Shown here piece by piece: positions 1 through 11,458 of a stretch of DNA of 64,000 nucleotides. The notes beneath the pieces are model-generated. The model was not told where the DNA came from, ran no database searches, and saw only the letters and a list, made by a program, of their open reading frames with translations. Origin of the DNA: Felis catus (Eukaryota). Positions within the stretch are counted from its first letter, which is position 1; every line of letters starts with the position of its first letter. The DNA is taken from NCBI RefSeq assembly GCF_018350175.1, contig NC_058368.1, positions 4,836,001 through 4,900,000 on the forward strand, read 5' to 3'. Both the position numbers and the translations under genes were made by a program.

Positions 1-320
1 AGAACACGGTCTGCATACTTAAAACCACAAAATGCTAAAAAAAATTTTGTTAAATAAAACTAGAAAATGCTGCTGAGACAAAATGAGATTCAATATTGTT
101 AGCATACCAGAGCTCCCCAAATTGATCTAAATATTCTAAACAATTCCAATCAAAATCCTGACAGTCTTTTTTTTTTTTTTTTTAGAAATTGAGAAGCTAA
201 ATTACGTGGAAATACAAAGTAACCAGAATAGCCAAAACAACCTTGAAAGAAAAAGATGGAGGGACTGCAGTACCTAAAAAATTGAGAGAGTACAGACTGA
301 CACATACCCGGCCAACTGAT

Positions 321-531
321 TTTTTTTTATTATTTGTCAATATTTATGCCTTTTTGAGAAAGAGACAGAGCATGAGTAGAGGAGGGGCAGAGAGAGAGAC
401 AGAATCCAAAGCAGGCTCCAGGCCCTAAGCTGTCAGCACAGAGCCTGACGCGGGGCTCGAACTCAAGGACCTCAAGATCATGATCTGAGCCAAAGTTGGA
501 TTCTTAACCAACTGAGCCACCCAGCCACCAC
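321..531 (-). mobile_element. CanSINE (feliform type)
   Basis: Reverse-complement SINE body with (GA)n tract and T-rich tail; degenerate TSD ggccaactgattt / ggtcaaccgattt. Confidence 0.95.
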
Positions 532-1109
532 GGTCAACCGATTTTGACAAAAAATGCAGACAATTCAATAATATATCTATATTGATATCTATATCGATAT
601 CGATAGTTATAGATATAGATGTAGATATCTCCCTTTCAACAAATGGTGCTGAAACAAATAGAAATACATATGTTAAAAAAAAACCTGGATTCATATCTCA
701 CCTCATATATAAAAATTAATTCAAATTGGATCATAGGCCTAAATGTAAAATCTAGATAGATAAAACTTCCGTAAGAACACATAGGAGAAATCATTGTGAT
801 CTCGAGTAGGCAAAGGTTTCATCACACAACACTGAAAAGCACAAGCCAGAAAAGAAAAAAGTTGATAAACGGGGCTTCGTGAAAATTAAGAACTTCCGCT
901 CTTTGAAAGACACTGTGGAGCTACAGGCTGGGAGATGACGTTTGCAAATCAGGTATCTGAGGAAGGACTTTTCCCCCAGAATATCTGAAGAAATCTCAAA
1001 GGCAGTAATTTGAAAACAATCCGATTTTTTTTTTAACGGGCAAAAGATTTGGAAAGACATTTCACAAAAGATAAATAGATGATAAGTTAGCATGTGAAAA
1101 AAAAGCTGA

Positions 1110-1224
1110 GGGGCGCCTGGCTGGCTCAGTCGGTAGAGCACCCAACTCTTGATCTCAGGGTTGTGGGTTTGAGCCCCATGCTGGGTGCAGAAAGTAGTTA
1201 AAAAAATAAATAAAATTTTAAAAA
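1110..1224 (+). mobile_element. Short old CanSINE (SINEC_old-like)
   Basis: ggggcgcctggctggctcagtcggtagagca..actcttgatctcagggttgtgggtttgagcccc with A-rich tail and no CT tract. Confidence 0.9.
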
Positions 1225-1417
1225 TGCTCAGCACCATTAGTCATGAAGGAAATGCAAATGGAAACCTCTCTAGATAGCAGGATGCACCAATTACAATGCT
1301 GGAATTTACAAACTCATCATACCTAGCATTGTTGAGAAGGTACAGTAACTGCAACTCTCATTCACTGCTGGTGGGAATGTAAAATGGTGCAATGACTTTA
1401 GAAAAGTTTGTCAGTTA

Positions 1418-1652
1418 GGGGCACCTGAGCGGCTCAGTCGGCTGAGCATCTGACTTCGGCTCAGGTCACGGCTCAGGTCATGATCTCGCAGTTTGTGGGT
1501 TCGAGCCCCACGTCAGGCTCTGTGCTGACAGCTCGGAGCCTGGAGCCTGCTTCGGATTCTCTGTCTCCCTTTCTCTCTGCCCCTCCCCTGCTCACTCTCG
1601 GTCTTTCCCTCTCTCTCAAAAATACACAAACATTAAAAAAAATTTTAGAAAA
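1418..1652 (+). mobile_element. CanSINE with internal 12-bp tandem duplication
   Basis: Perfect 17-bp TSD agaaaagtttgtcagtt (1400-1416, 1653-1669); cggctcaggtca twice at 1457-1480. Confidence 0.95.
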
Positions 1653-1935
1653 AGAAAAGTTTGTCAGTTTCTTAAAAATTTAAATATATCTTCTAGATGG
1701 GCCAGTCATTCCATTAGCAAGTATTCCACAGGACAGAAGAAAGCATCTGTCCACGCAAAGACTTGTATATGATGCTTATAGCAGCTTTACTGGTAATAAC
1801 CAAAAACTAAAAACAACACAAATAAACAACACAAATAAACAACACAAAACAACTAAAAACAACCCTCATAGGTGACTAGATAAACAACAGAATACTATGA
1901 AGCAACATTTGATCTTCTAAAGGGGAAATTATTTT

Positions 1936-2495
1936 GGGGTCCCTGCTTGGCTCAGTCAGTGGAGCATGTGACTCTTGATCTCAGGGGTGTGGGTTCGAGC
2001 CCCACATTGGGTGTAGAGATTACATAAAAAAACAAAATCTTTAAAAAGGTGTGTGGGGGGAGCGCCTGGGTGGCTCGGTCGGTTAAGCAGCCGACTTCAG
2101 CTCAGGTCACGATTTCATGGTCTGTGAGTTCGAGCCCCGCGTCGGGCTCTGGGCTGATGGCTCAGAGCCTGGAGCCTGCTTCCAATTCTGTGTCTCCCTC
2201 TCTCTCTGACCCTCCCCCGTTCATGCTCTGTCTCTCTCTGTCTCAAAAATAAATAAACGTTAAAAAAAAATTTTTTTTTAAATAAAAAAAAAATAAAAAG
2301 GTGTGTGGGGGAGTGCCTAGGTGGGTCAGTCCAACCTCAGCTCAGGTCATGATCTCACAGTTCGTGAGTGTGAGCCCCACATCGGGCTCTCTGCTGTCAG
2401 CATAAAGCCTGCTTCAGATCCTCTGTCTCCCTCTTTCTCTGCCCCTCCCCCCATCAAAAATAAATAAACACTTACAAAAATAAATAAAATTTAAA
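1936..2495 (+). mobile_element. Stack of three CanSINEs (short old ~1936-2047; young ~2058-2293; older ~2308-2495)
   Basis: Three A/B-box heads and A-rich tails; middle copy flanked by taaaaaggtgtgtggggg repeats. Confidence 0.93.
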
Positions 2496-3063
2496 AGAGG
2501 GAATCACTTTATAAACAATAAATCTGACTCTGATACACACACACACAAAATACTACTAAACAATAAAAGGCACGACCAAGTGATATACTCAACATGGATG
2601 AATCTCAAAATAATGTTGACTGAAAGGAGGAGTCAGACAAAACAAAGAGCTCATGCTGTTTAATCCCTTATATATATAATTATAAAAAACAGAGACTAAT
2701 CTATAGTGACAGGAAGCAGACCAATGTTTGTCTGGGAATGGGGGTATGGAGGTGGGATAGATTACCAAGGGGCACGAGGATACTTTCGGCAGTAATGGAT
2801 ACGGTCATTATTTTTATTGTGGCCATGTCATGGGTGTGCACATAAGTCAAAACTTAGCAGACTGTACACTTTATATGTGTGCGACTCATGTCGTATGTCC
2901 ATTATACCTCAATGTTAAAAAAAAAAAAAAAGCAGAGGTAAACAAAAATGGCGACAATCTCCATTCACAATATTTCCAGCTTACACTTAATGGATGTTTA
3001 AATAGACAAAAAAGAATTATTTCTAAGAGGTCAGATTTTTCTCTTAATCACAAATGGTCTTTA

Positions 3064-3311
3064 TTTATTTTATTTTATTTTATTTTATTTTATTTTATTT
3101 TATTTTATTTTAATGTTTATTTGCTTGTGACACAGAGAGAGACAGAGCATGAAGGGGGGAGGGTCAGAGAGAGGGAGACACAGAATCCGAAACAGGCTCC
3201 AGGCTCTGAGTTATGAGCACAGAGCCCGACGCGGGGCTCGAACTCACGGACCACGAGATCGCGACCTGAGCCGAAGTCGGACGCTTAACCGACTGAGCCA
3301 CCCAGGCGCCC
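3064..3311 (-). mobile_element. CanSINE with (TTTTA)n tail
   Basis: TSD cacaaatggtcttta at 3049-3063 and 3312-3326. Confidence 0.96.
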
Positions 3312-3451
3312 CACAAATGGTCTTTACAAGAGTAATTAGAAACCCGGAATTAATATAACTTACTCCATTATTTACTGTCCTTAAAAGAAACAGCAAGGAC
3401 TCCAGGCTGCATTTTCCCACCCATAACATGGGAATAAGGACACCTACCTAC

Positions 3452-3794
3452 GGGGTTATCTGGATGGGCCCAATGTAACCACAAGGATCTGTATAAGGGA
3501 AAGACAGGGGCAGGACAGCCACAGGAGACATGACTATAGAAGCAGAGGTTGGAGTGACGTGATCACTCCCTGTGGAGGAAGGGGTCATGAGCCAGAGCAT
3601 GCAGACTGCCTCCAGAGTGTGGAAGAGGCAAGGATATGGATTCTCACCTAGGGCCTCCAGAAGGAAAGCAATTCTGCTGACACCTCGATTTTAGCTTGGT
3701 GAAATCTCCCCCCAGAACTGTAAGATAATAAATCTGTGTTGTTTTAAGCCATTAAGTATGTGTTTTGTTACAGCAGCTAGAAGAAACTAATACA
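3452..3794 (+). mobile_element. MaLR LTR fragment (MLT1D-like)
   Basis: gggttatctggatgggcccaatgtaa..gaggcaagga..gattctc..gcctccagaagg..ccagaactgtaagataataaat..ttgttacagcagc..aactaataca. Confidence 0.85.
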
Positions 3795-3964
3795 TAACCT
3801 ATCCATAAGCCTTCATTTCCTCAAAGACCACCATCAAGGGTCTGTTCCCTTCTAGAATGAAGATCTCAACTCCCATGCATCTCACAGGTACCACATCAAC
3901 CTGTTCAGGTATCCTTGTAGCTCTGCACTTAACCTGCTCTCCAAACACTGCACATCCGTCTTTA

Positions 3965-4197
3965 TTTTTTTATTTTTTTTTTTATTTTTTTTTTCAACGT
4001 TTATTTATTTTTGGGACAGAGAGAGACAGGGCATGAACGGGGGAGGGGCAGAGAGAGAGGGAGACACAGAATCCGAAACAGGCTCCAGGCTCCGAGCCAT
4101 CAGCCCAGAGCCCGACGCGGGGCTCGAACTCCCGGACCGCGAGATCGTGACCTGGCTAAAGTCGGACACTTAACCGACTGCGCCACCCAGGCGCCCC
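3965..4197 (-). mobile_element. Young felid CanSINE
   Basis: Diagnostic gtggcgcagtcgg and gggctgatggctc variant; TSD tgcacatcc(g/c)tcttta. Confidence 0.96.
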
Positions 4198-4614
4198 TGC
4201 ACATCCCTCTTTAAAAATGATGCTCGGATATGGACAGAACACATGTTATACAGTACATCCCAATCAGTACTGGGAATAATGGATCACCAATTCCCATCCA
4301 ATTCAAGTCAGCCTCACTCTTCAGGAATTCTCATTGCCCGAGGGATGAACACGTCCATTCCTTCCCTCTTAGGAAGGCTGCCAATTTGAATTTGTGTCCT
4401 CTGTACCTTCCTATATTCTTTTCAAAGACTTAACTCCTTTGTTCTCGGCTGCAAATTCACACACTAATTAAGACCACCTTCTTCATTTCCCAGCCTTTCA
4501 CCATTATGTTGCTTTTTCAGCAGAGTTTGGTATGAAGAACCAGGACCATCTAGATCTCAGAATGTAGTTATTATAAATACGGTATCAGATAAAGACGGAC
4601 ATAGCGTCACATAC

Positions 4615-4770
4615 TTATTACAAAAGGAAGACCCCCGGTCAACCTCAGGACTGCATTTGTTTTGGGCTGAAACTGTCATCTTCTTTTAAGGCCACTTGCC
4701 AAAGCTGAGTGATTTCTGTGGCTCTGCATCTGGGCATGATTCATTTCGAGTTATCAGTATAATCAATGTT
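4615..4770 (-). other. Candidate 156-nt exon of the CpG-island gene (5' UTR and/or start-containing; last open frame MTVSAQNKCSPEVDRGSSFCN from ATG at 4679)
   Basis: Acceptor atttctatcttatttttag|AAC at 4771/4770 and donor TAA|gtatgt at 4615/4614 in non-repeat DNA; all three frames contain a stop, so it is not an internal coding exon. Confidence 0.45.
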
Positions 4771-5720
4771 CTAAAAATAAGATAGAAATAATAACAAGTC
4801 TAAAACCCAAGACCCAGTGGTGTTGATATTGATGCTAAACTGAGTTAAACAGAATTCATCAAAGGACAACACTGAACCCTCCTTGGATCTGATCAAAGCA
4901 AACTGGAAAAGCAAAATCATCTTTGACTTCTTTGTGTTCAAAGATCATATCTTTCTTTGTCTTTCTAGGGATCAGAAGATCGGTCATGCACGATAAACCA
5001 TTTCAACACATGATTTTTTTGTAGTTTTCCAAAACCAATTCACTAAACTAATTCACCTGCATAGTAACGATTAAAGCAAATACTTTGTAGATTAAAGCAG
5101 TAATACTTTGTAACCTTCTCCCCATGCAAATTTAACTTTTAGTCTGCCTTACAGGCCTAACATGTAGGCCTTGGTTACAAGCTATTTTCTCCAGACACGG
5201 GGAGAAGCTATAGGAGAAAATCTATTGCCTATTGCCTAATACAAGTCTACTTTTCTGTCTCCAAAAATTAGTACTATTTTCCTCCTTCACACTCAGAGAC
5301 ACCAGTTTTGCAAAGCCAATCGATCAACCGATAACAAACAAAAATATCAATTTTGTAAAAGTCACTCTACATTCACTTCTTCCGTCATTATGCACCGAAG
5401 AAAAGGAAATGCCAACATTTTCCACCTGAAGCCATGAAAGACAGGCTCCCAATTACCTGTGGGTGGGACCTTCCCACCACTTAAAAAGAGTCACAGAAGT
5501 CACTGCTAAAAGATGCCTTCAGAATAACACCGGCCAATCTTACATGTAAATCTCCTAGACCACATCTCTGTTTTTATTCTGATAGAATCACCCCCTAGCC
5601 TTCACGGAGTCTACTCTCTGGAGCCATGACAGGATCTGCCAAGGTCCTCCACTATACGTAGCTCTTAGAGAGTTAATGTCCATTCATTATGAATGGACAG
5701 TAAGATACGCTTCAAATTCT

Positions 5721-5816
5721 TTTTTATATTAAATATAATTTACTGTCAAATTGGTTTCCATACAACACCCAGTGCCCATCCCAACAGGTGCTCTCCTCAA
5801 TGCCCATCACCCACTT
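5721..5816 (-). mobile_element. Very short 5'-truncated carnivore/felid L1 3' end
   Basis: Reverse complement reads gtgatgggcattgaggagagcacctgttgggatgggcactgggtgttgtatggaaaccaatttgac plus A tail; TSD ttcaaattct (5711-5720, 5823-5832). Confidence 0.85.
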
Positions 5817-5876
5817 TCATGTTTCAAATTCTAACAACAAATTCTTAACAATGACATAAGCCCATACAGGACCTTT

Positions 5877-6084
5877 AAAAATATATTTTTTAACATTTAT
5901 TCATTTTTGAGAGACAGAGTGAGCAGGGGAGAGGCAGAGAGAGAGGGAGACACAGAATCGGAAGCAGGCTCCAGGCCCTGAGCTGTCAGCACAGAGCCCG
6001 ACGCGGGGCTCAAACTCACGGACCGCGAGATCCTGACCTGAGCCGAAGTCGGACGCTCAGCCAGCTGAGCCACCCAGGCGCCCC
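5877..6084 (-). mobile_element. CanSINE
   Basis: Full body; TSD aggaccttt (5868-5876, 6086-6094). Confidence 0.95.
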
Positions 6085-7025
6085 TAGGACCTTTCAAATT
6101 ATAGTTTTGCCAAAAGTTCGGTCAAAGGTGATTTTGTGAATCAGTATTATGGTATGAAGCCCCTAATACCTTTCATAGTAGTGAAATTAGAGAATGTTCC
6201 TGTTAGAAAAACTTTCCCAGTTGGAATTTAGAATGCCAGGAATACATCTCCTTTATCCCTAAACTGCAGCAGCCTGCCCCAAATCTGTAAGAATGGGCTC
6301 TGACACCAAAACTTAGCAATCACTTCGCAATTGAGAAGAAGGATGTTTCATTGCAACTGCTTGTTACTTGTCCAAAAAAACAAAACAAAAACAGATTGAA
6401 GAAGCGTGTGACACACGGCTCCCCGACTTCAGAGAAGCATCACTCACCTTCCAAATGGACAGTGCCTTGAGCACAGTACGTGGATTTCATTTCCTAAATC
6501 TGTTGTTCAAATGTTCAACGCTACTGACTGCTGTGAGTGGCAGGATGGGGGGGGGGGGGGGGTGTAATCTCTGGGGAAGCACCCAGAGGCCCCATCAGGA
6601 AGTAATCCCAGCTGGTTCCTCTCCACCTTGCCAGAAGATGGGTTTTTCTAGGTAAATTCCTTCTTTATCTTAGCATTTGTGGGTTTGAACCTATGGCTCA
6701 AGAACGCAATCCCGGTGGTGTGTGGGGCAGGGTGGAGGTGGGCACGATAAAGGCACATCTACCAGCTCCCTGGCTGAGAACGTCACGTGCAGGATCTGGG
6801 CACCAAGCACTCGGCATCCATGAAACAAGGTCAGCCTTCTTGAGATGAGGCATTACCTCTTATTTGCAGATAGGCCTTCTTGCTATAAACTCTGACAAGG
6901 GAAATGTGTTTAATTCTATGCATAACACAGTGTGGGACATCACAGCATTTTAACACCATTTACACCAGCCCCAGACTAGTTAGTAGTGGATCAACTAAAA
7001 CCATTAATAAAAATGTAGTAGTCCA

Positions 7026-7225
7026 GGGGCGTCTGGGTGGCTCAGTCGGTTGAGCGTCCAACTTCGGCTCAGGTCATGATCTCACACTTTGTGGGTTCGA
7101 GCCCCGTGTCGTGCCGACAGCTCAGAGCCTGGAGCTGCTTCGGATTCTGTGTCTCCTTCTCTCTCTGCCCCTCCCCTGCTTGCACTCTGTCTCTCTCTCT
7201 CCCAAAAATAAATAAATATGTTTTT
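7026..7225 (+). mobile_element. CanSINE
   Basis: A/B boxes, CT tract, aataaa tail; small internal deletion. Confidence 0.95.
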
Positions 7226-7825
7226 AAATGCGGTACTCCATATAAAACCACTGCCTTCACCTACAAATGTCACCGACCCTGGGATGCTCTGTCCTTCCAC
7301 GGAGGCACTAAGGTGTGTGTGAGTCTGCAGGTGCGAAGCGTGGGGCTTAGGATTCTGAGCTGCCACGGTGGGCCACATGTGGGGGGTGTATGCTCACAAC
7401 CTTCCATAGAGCTGGCTCATTTCGTCCTCTGCACAGCAACTCAGGTCATTGACTTTTTAAAACTCCATCTTTTCCAGTGCCTCCCGCTCTTCTCTGAAGG
7501 CACAGGTGACTTCACCACATGTGGTCAGCAGATGACGTGGGTAAAAAGTGAGACATCCTACCAAGAAATATAACGAGACAAAGAGTCGCTTTGGGAAGTA
7601 CTTTTCAAAAATGAACACAGACAGGTTCAGAACAGGGAAACCCAGAGTCACTTTAAATACACAGCAGCCTTCCAGACCTGCAGAACTCGAGTTCACCTAA
7701 ATGAAGACATTGATGACTACAGTCGATAAAGAACCAAAGAGAGGGGTATTGCTCAGGAATGGAAGCCTGGAGAGAATGCAAACTAGAAGAAGGAGTGTCT
7801 CTGCACGTGGGGGCGGGGGGGTAAG

Positions 7826-8141
7826 TTTCTTTATTTTGAGAGAGAGGGAGGGAGCAAGGGAGGGAGAGGGAGAGGGAGAGGGAGAGGGAGAGGGAGAGGG
7901 AGAGGGAGAGGGAGAGGGAGAGGGAGAGGGAGAGGGAGAGGGAGAGGGAGAGGGAGGGAGAGAGAGAGAGAGACAATGCCGGGGAGGGGCAGAGAGAGAC
8001 AGGGAGAGAGAGCATCCCAAGCAGGTTCCACGCTGTCCATGCAGAGCCTGATGCGGGGCTCGATCCCAGGAACCAAGAGATCATGACCCGAGCCAGGACG
8101 AAGAGTCAGACGCTTAACTGACTGAGCCACCCAGGCACCCC
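7826..8141 (-). mobile_element. CanSINE with expanded microsatellite tract
   Basis: SINE head at 8141; (AGGGAG)n expansion inside its CT region. Confidence 0.93.
7861..7956. repeat. (AGGGAG)16 perfect hexanucleotide microsatellite
   Basis: 16 uninterrupted units counted directly. Confidence 0.97.
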
Positions 8142-8597
8142 GAGACATTTTTCATGTGTTAACTCAGTTTTCTCAACAATTCTAGAAGGTAGGTTCTGTC
8201 ACTAATCATCTCAGTTCTGAAGATGAGCAACCCGAGGCACAGATGGACTAAAGGAAGCTACGTGACGAGGTGACAAAGCCAAGATGCCAGAACTCCTACC
8301 CGCTGCACCATCCAGCCTCCTAGCCCCTTGCTCCTGTCTACACAGTCACGAGGCGATCTTCCAAGCACGGAACCGGGTTCCAGTCCTCACTTCGGTCGGC
8401 TGTCGGGTGGGACTGTGGGCTGCCTTCGAGTCCAGTCCTCTTGGTGACTGTCCCTCAGATGGCAGTCGGCCCTCCAGAACTCTGGGGTCTTCCTCAGCCC
8501 CGCGCTTAGCTAATGGGAGGCCACACCTGCAACTGGGAGTCACCTTCCTGGTGTTGACTAGTCATGTTTCTGACACACCTACAATGCTCAAATTTGT

Positions 8598-8760
8598 CCC
8601 GGTTCTCGGCCCCAACCACGGGGGGACCTTTAGAAATGCCTGGGGAGCTTTTAGAAAAATACCAATTATATCAGAATCTCTGACCGAGGGACCCACGGAC
8701 TGGTATTGTTTTTAAAGCTCCCTACGTGGTTCAACAGGGAGCCAGACCGAGAACAACGCT
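8598..8760. mobile_element. hAT-Charlie fossil (MER5A/B-like)
   Basis: ggttctc..tagaa..cctggggagctttt..tcagaatctctg..tttttaaagctccc..gagaac pattern. Confidence 0.6.
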
Positions 8761-8807
8761 AAGTCTCAGATAACTTTGCCCAGGGGCGTATCAGGGGCCT
8801 GAGCAGC

Positions 8808-9294
8808 TGTACTCATCAGGGTTCTCCACAGAAGCAGAAACAATAGATTTTAGATAGACAGATACATAGATAGGTCAATTGATCGATCTCTGGATCCATA
8901 TCTATCTATCCAGAGAAAAACTGTGTATTATAAGGAACTGGCCCGCTTGATCATGGAGGCTGATGAGTTTCCGAGATCTGCCAGGTGAGTCAACACACTG
9001 GGAAGCTGACGGTGTAAGTCCCAGTCGGAGTTCAAAGGGGAGAGAAGACCGATGTCCCAGCTCAAAAACAAGCCGAGAGGGCAAAGTTCCCCGTGCTCCA
9101 AGTTTTCGTCTATCCGAGCCTTCGGTGGATGAAACGAGGCCCACCGCGTGGAAAGACCATCCGTTATGCTCTGCCCACCAGCTCCGATGTTCATTTCTTC
9201 CAGAAGCGCCCCCACAGCGCACCCAGGATACTTTCACCAAGTATCTGGGCACCCTGTGGCCTAGGCAAGTTGACACATGACGTTGACCATCACA
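8808..9294 (-). mobile_element. ERVL LTR (MLT2B-like)
   Basis: tgta..cagggttctcca..tattataaggaactggc..atggaggctga..caagttgacacat..accatcaca with internal (GATA)n. Confidence 0.88.
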
Positions 9295-9744
9295 CCCTGT
9301 CTCAGAGTGTTCTTCTTGTGCAAGGTCTGTCCTGTACCCACTAGGTGTCTGCACACTGAACCCCAAGTGGTTATGTTGTCATTTCACCCTGTAGGGCATC
9401 GGCTGTCAAGATAAATGGTTTCCACACCTTTCCAATTACACATCCCTATAAGGAATTTTTTTTTACATTCTGTATGTCCCTAAACACATTTTTAATTCAT
9501 TTGTAAATTACATTATTTCTACTGGACGTAGATACACATATATTCTGATATACATACATATACACGTACCTACGTATACACATGTATGTGCATGTATGTT
9601 GATGTATATGCGTGTGTGTATACACACATCCTGATGCCTCTGTCCACCCCAAAAGGAGTGCCACCCACCACTTTGGAGATTACAGGTATAGACACTACAT
9701 TTGTCTCTTTGGTGACAGTGTTTTGTACTATTCATTCTCTCTCT

Positions 9745-9926
9745 CTTTTATGTTTATTTATTTATTTGAGAGAGAGAGAAAGGCAGGGAGAGAGAGAGAG
9801 AGAGAGAGAGGGAGAATCCCAAGGAGGCTCCACACCGTCAGTGCAGAGCCCAACTCGGGGCTCAAACTCATGAACCATGAGATCATGACCTCAGTCACTT
9901 AACCGACCAAGCCACCCAGGTGCCCC
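9745..9926 (-). mobile_element. CanSINE
   Basis: Reverse-complement SINE with (GA)n tract. Confidence 0.92.
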
Positions 9927-10252
9927 TGAACACCTCAGCTTTTTGTGGGGCCAGTGGCAACAGTGCCTGGAACATACTGGCAGAAACGGTAACGACCAGC
10001 AGCCCCAGCGTGGGGCACGCTTATGCAGCACCATGAACGAGTGGCTGACACTATTACTTAGCTTCTGCCATGTGCTAGAAGCACTTTTCACACACGTAGC
10101 CGAGACTTCTAGCAGTCATCTCACATGGACACACGAGACGTGTTCCCCAGCACTCTGCAGCCCGAGGGTCTAGCCAATGAAGTGTGAGCTACCGAGGTTT
10201 GTGTGCCGTGAAACCATCTTGTGAGGGGCTGTCATAATCTGCTCACAGGCCG

Positions 10253-10456
10253 CTTTTTCTTTTTCTTTTTCTTCAGTTTATTTATTTCGAGAGAGAGACA
10301 GGGAAGGGCAGAGAGAGCAAGAGTGAGAATACCAAGTAGGCTCCATGCTGTCAGCACAGAGCCCAATGCAGGGTTGGATCCCGTGAACCGTGAGATCACG
10401 ACCTGAGCTGAAATCGAGAGTTGGATGCTTAACCCACTGGGCCACCCAGGAGCCCC
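10253..10456 (-). mobile_element. CanSINE
   Basis: Reverse-complement SINE body and T tail. Confidence 0.92.
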
Positions 10457-10747
10457 GACTTTTTATTTTTCTTAAAGAACTTCCCCCGAATGGTGTTCTT
10501 TCCGGACCTCACCATACCTGCAGCCACCCCTACCAACACCCTTCCCTGGCCTGTGGGTGGGGCATCAAGGCCTCAGGGTCCCTGGAAATCACCTGTTGAA
10601 GGTGCCGGAAGCTCCAGGAGCCCAGATCCCTGCAGACTTTGTAGAAAGGAGCCGCCCACCGCTGACCGGTAACATTTGCCTTTGGCTGTTAACAAAGCAA
10701 TAAGCTTTTCCTGTGTCAAGACACTGAAATATTGTGGGGGGGGGGGA

Positions 10748-10843
10748 GGGCACCTGGATGGCTCAGTCGGTTAAGTGTCTGACTTCAGCTCAGCTCATGA
10801 TCTCACAGTTCGTGGGTTCGAGCCCCACGTCAGGCTCTGTGCT
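10748..10843 (+). mobile_element. 3'-truncated CanSINE head
   Basis: gggcacctggatggctcagtcggttaag..gggttcgagccccacgtcaggctctgtgct, then similarity ends. Confidence 0.88.
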
Positions 10844-11238
10844 ACCCTAACTAAGTGGGGGGAGCAGAGCTGACTCACACCCGGGCCGTGGCTCCTGGAC
10901 ACTGGTGGGGGCCGTGGATCGCCTGGGGTCAGAAGCACATAGGGGAGCGCCAGCTCCCTGCTTAATACCAAGTACCCAGACCCGGGAACGTCAGGGAGGG
11001 AGCGCTCTGAGCCTCAGTCATCTGTCCACAAGGGGCCTGATTATTTTACCGACTTTGTATCTTGCTGTGAACGCTTATAACTCAAATAACCCGTGTAAAA
11101 CACTCAGCAGAGCGGTTGGCTTCTGAATGTAAGCCGCTATGGTTACAATAACCCTGTGGTCCTCATGATGCTTTCCTCCTCCTGTTTGGGCTAACTTTAT
11201 ATATTTATATATTTCACTACACTAAAATCTTCGTTCTG

Positions 11239-11458
11239 GGGGCGCCTGGGTGGCTCAGTCGGTTAAGTGGCCGACTTCGGCTCAGGTCATGATCTCGCGG
11301 TCAATGAGTTCAAGCCCCACGTCGGGCTCTGTACTGACAGCTCAGAGCCTGGAGCCTGCTTCAGATTCTGTGTCTCCCTCTCTCTGACCCTCCCCCGTTC
11401 ATGCTCTGTCTCTCTCTGTCTCAAAAATAAATAAACGTTAAAAAAAAATTAAAAAAAA
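11239..11458 (+). mobile_element. CanSINE
   Basis: Perfect 16-bp TSD taaaatcttcgttctg (11223-11238, 11459-11474). Confidence 0.96.

Larger units (their letters stand above)
60..2931 (+). mobile_element. Ancient L1 (L1M-type) ORF2 3' part plus 3' UTR, decayed and interrupted by several SINEs
   Basis: L1-like blocks such as ctccccaaattgatcta..aattccaatcaaaatcc, cactgctggtgggaatgtaaaatggtgc, catggatgaatctcaaaataat and a terminal ttatacctcaat followed by poly(A). Confidence 0.85.

Noticed and set aside
1110..1190. tRNA-Lys-like sequence (also ~1936, 37085, 45866, 48752, 49395, 58935)
   Set aside because: Followed by SINE-specific 3' sequence, A tail and TSDs; these are tRNA-derived SINEs, not tRNA genes
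7653..8148. SP/LP/GE/SL dipeptide-repeat ORFs
   Set aside because: Frames of the (AGGGAG)16 microsatellite within a SINE
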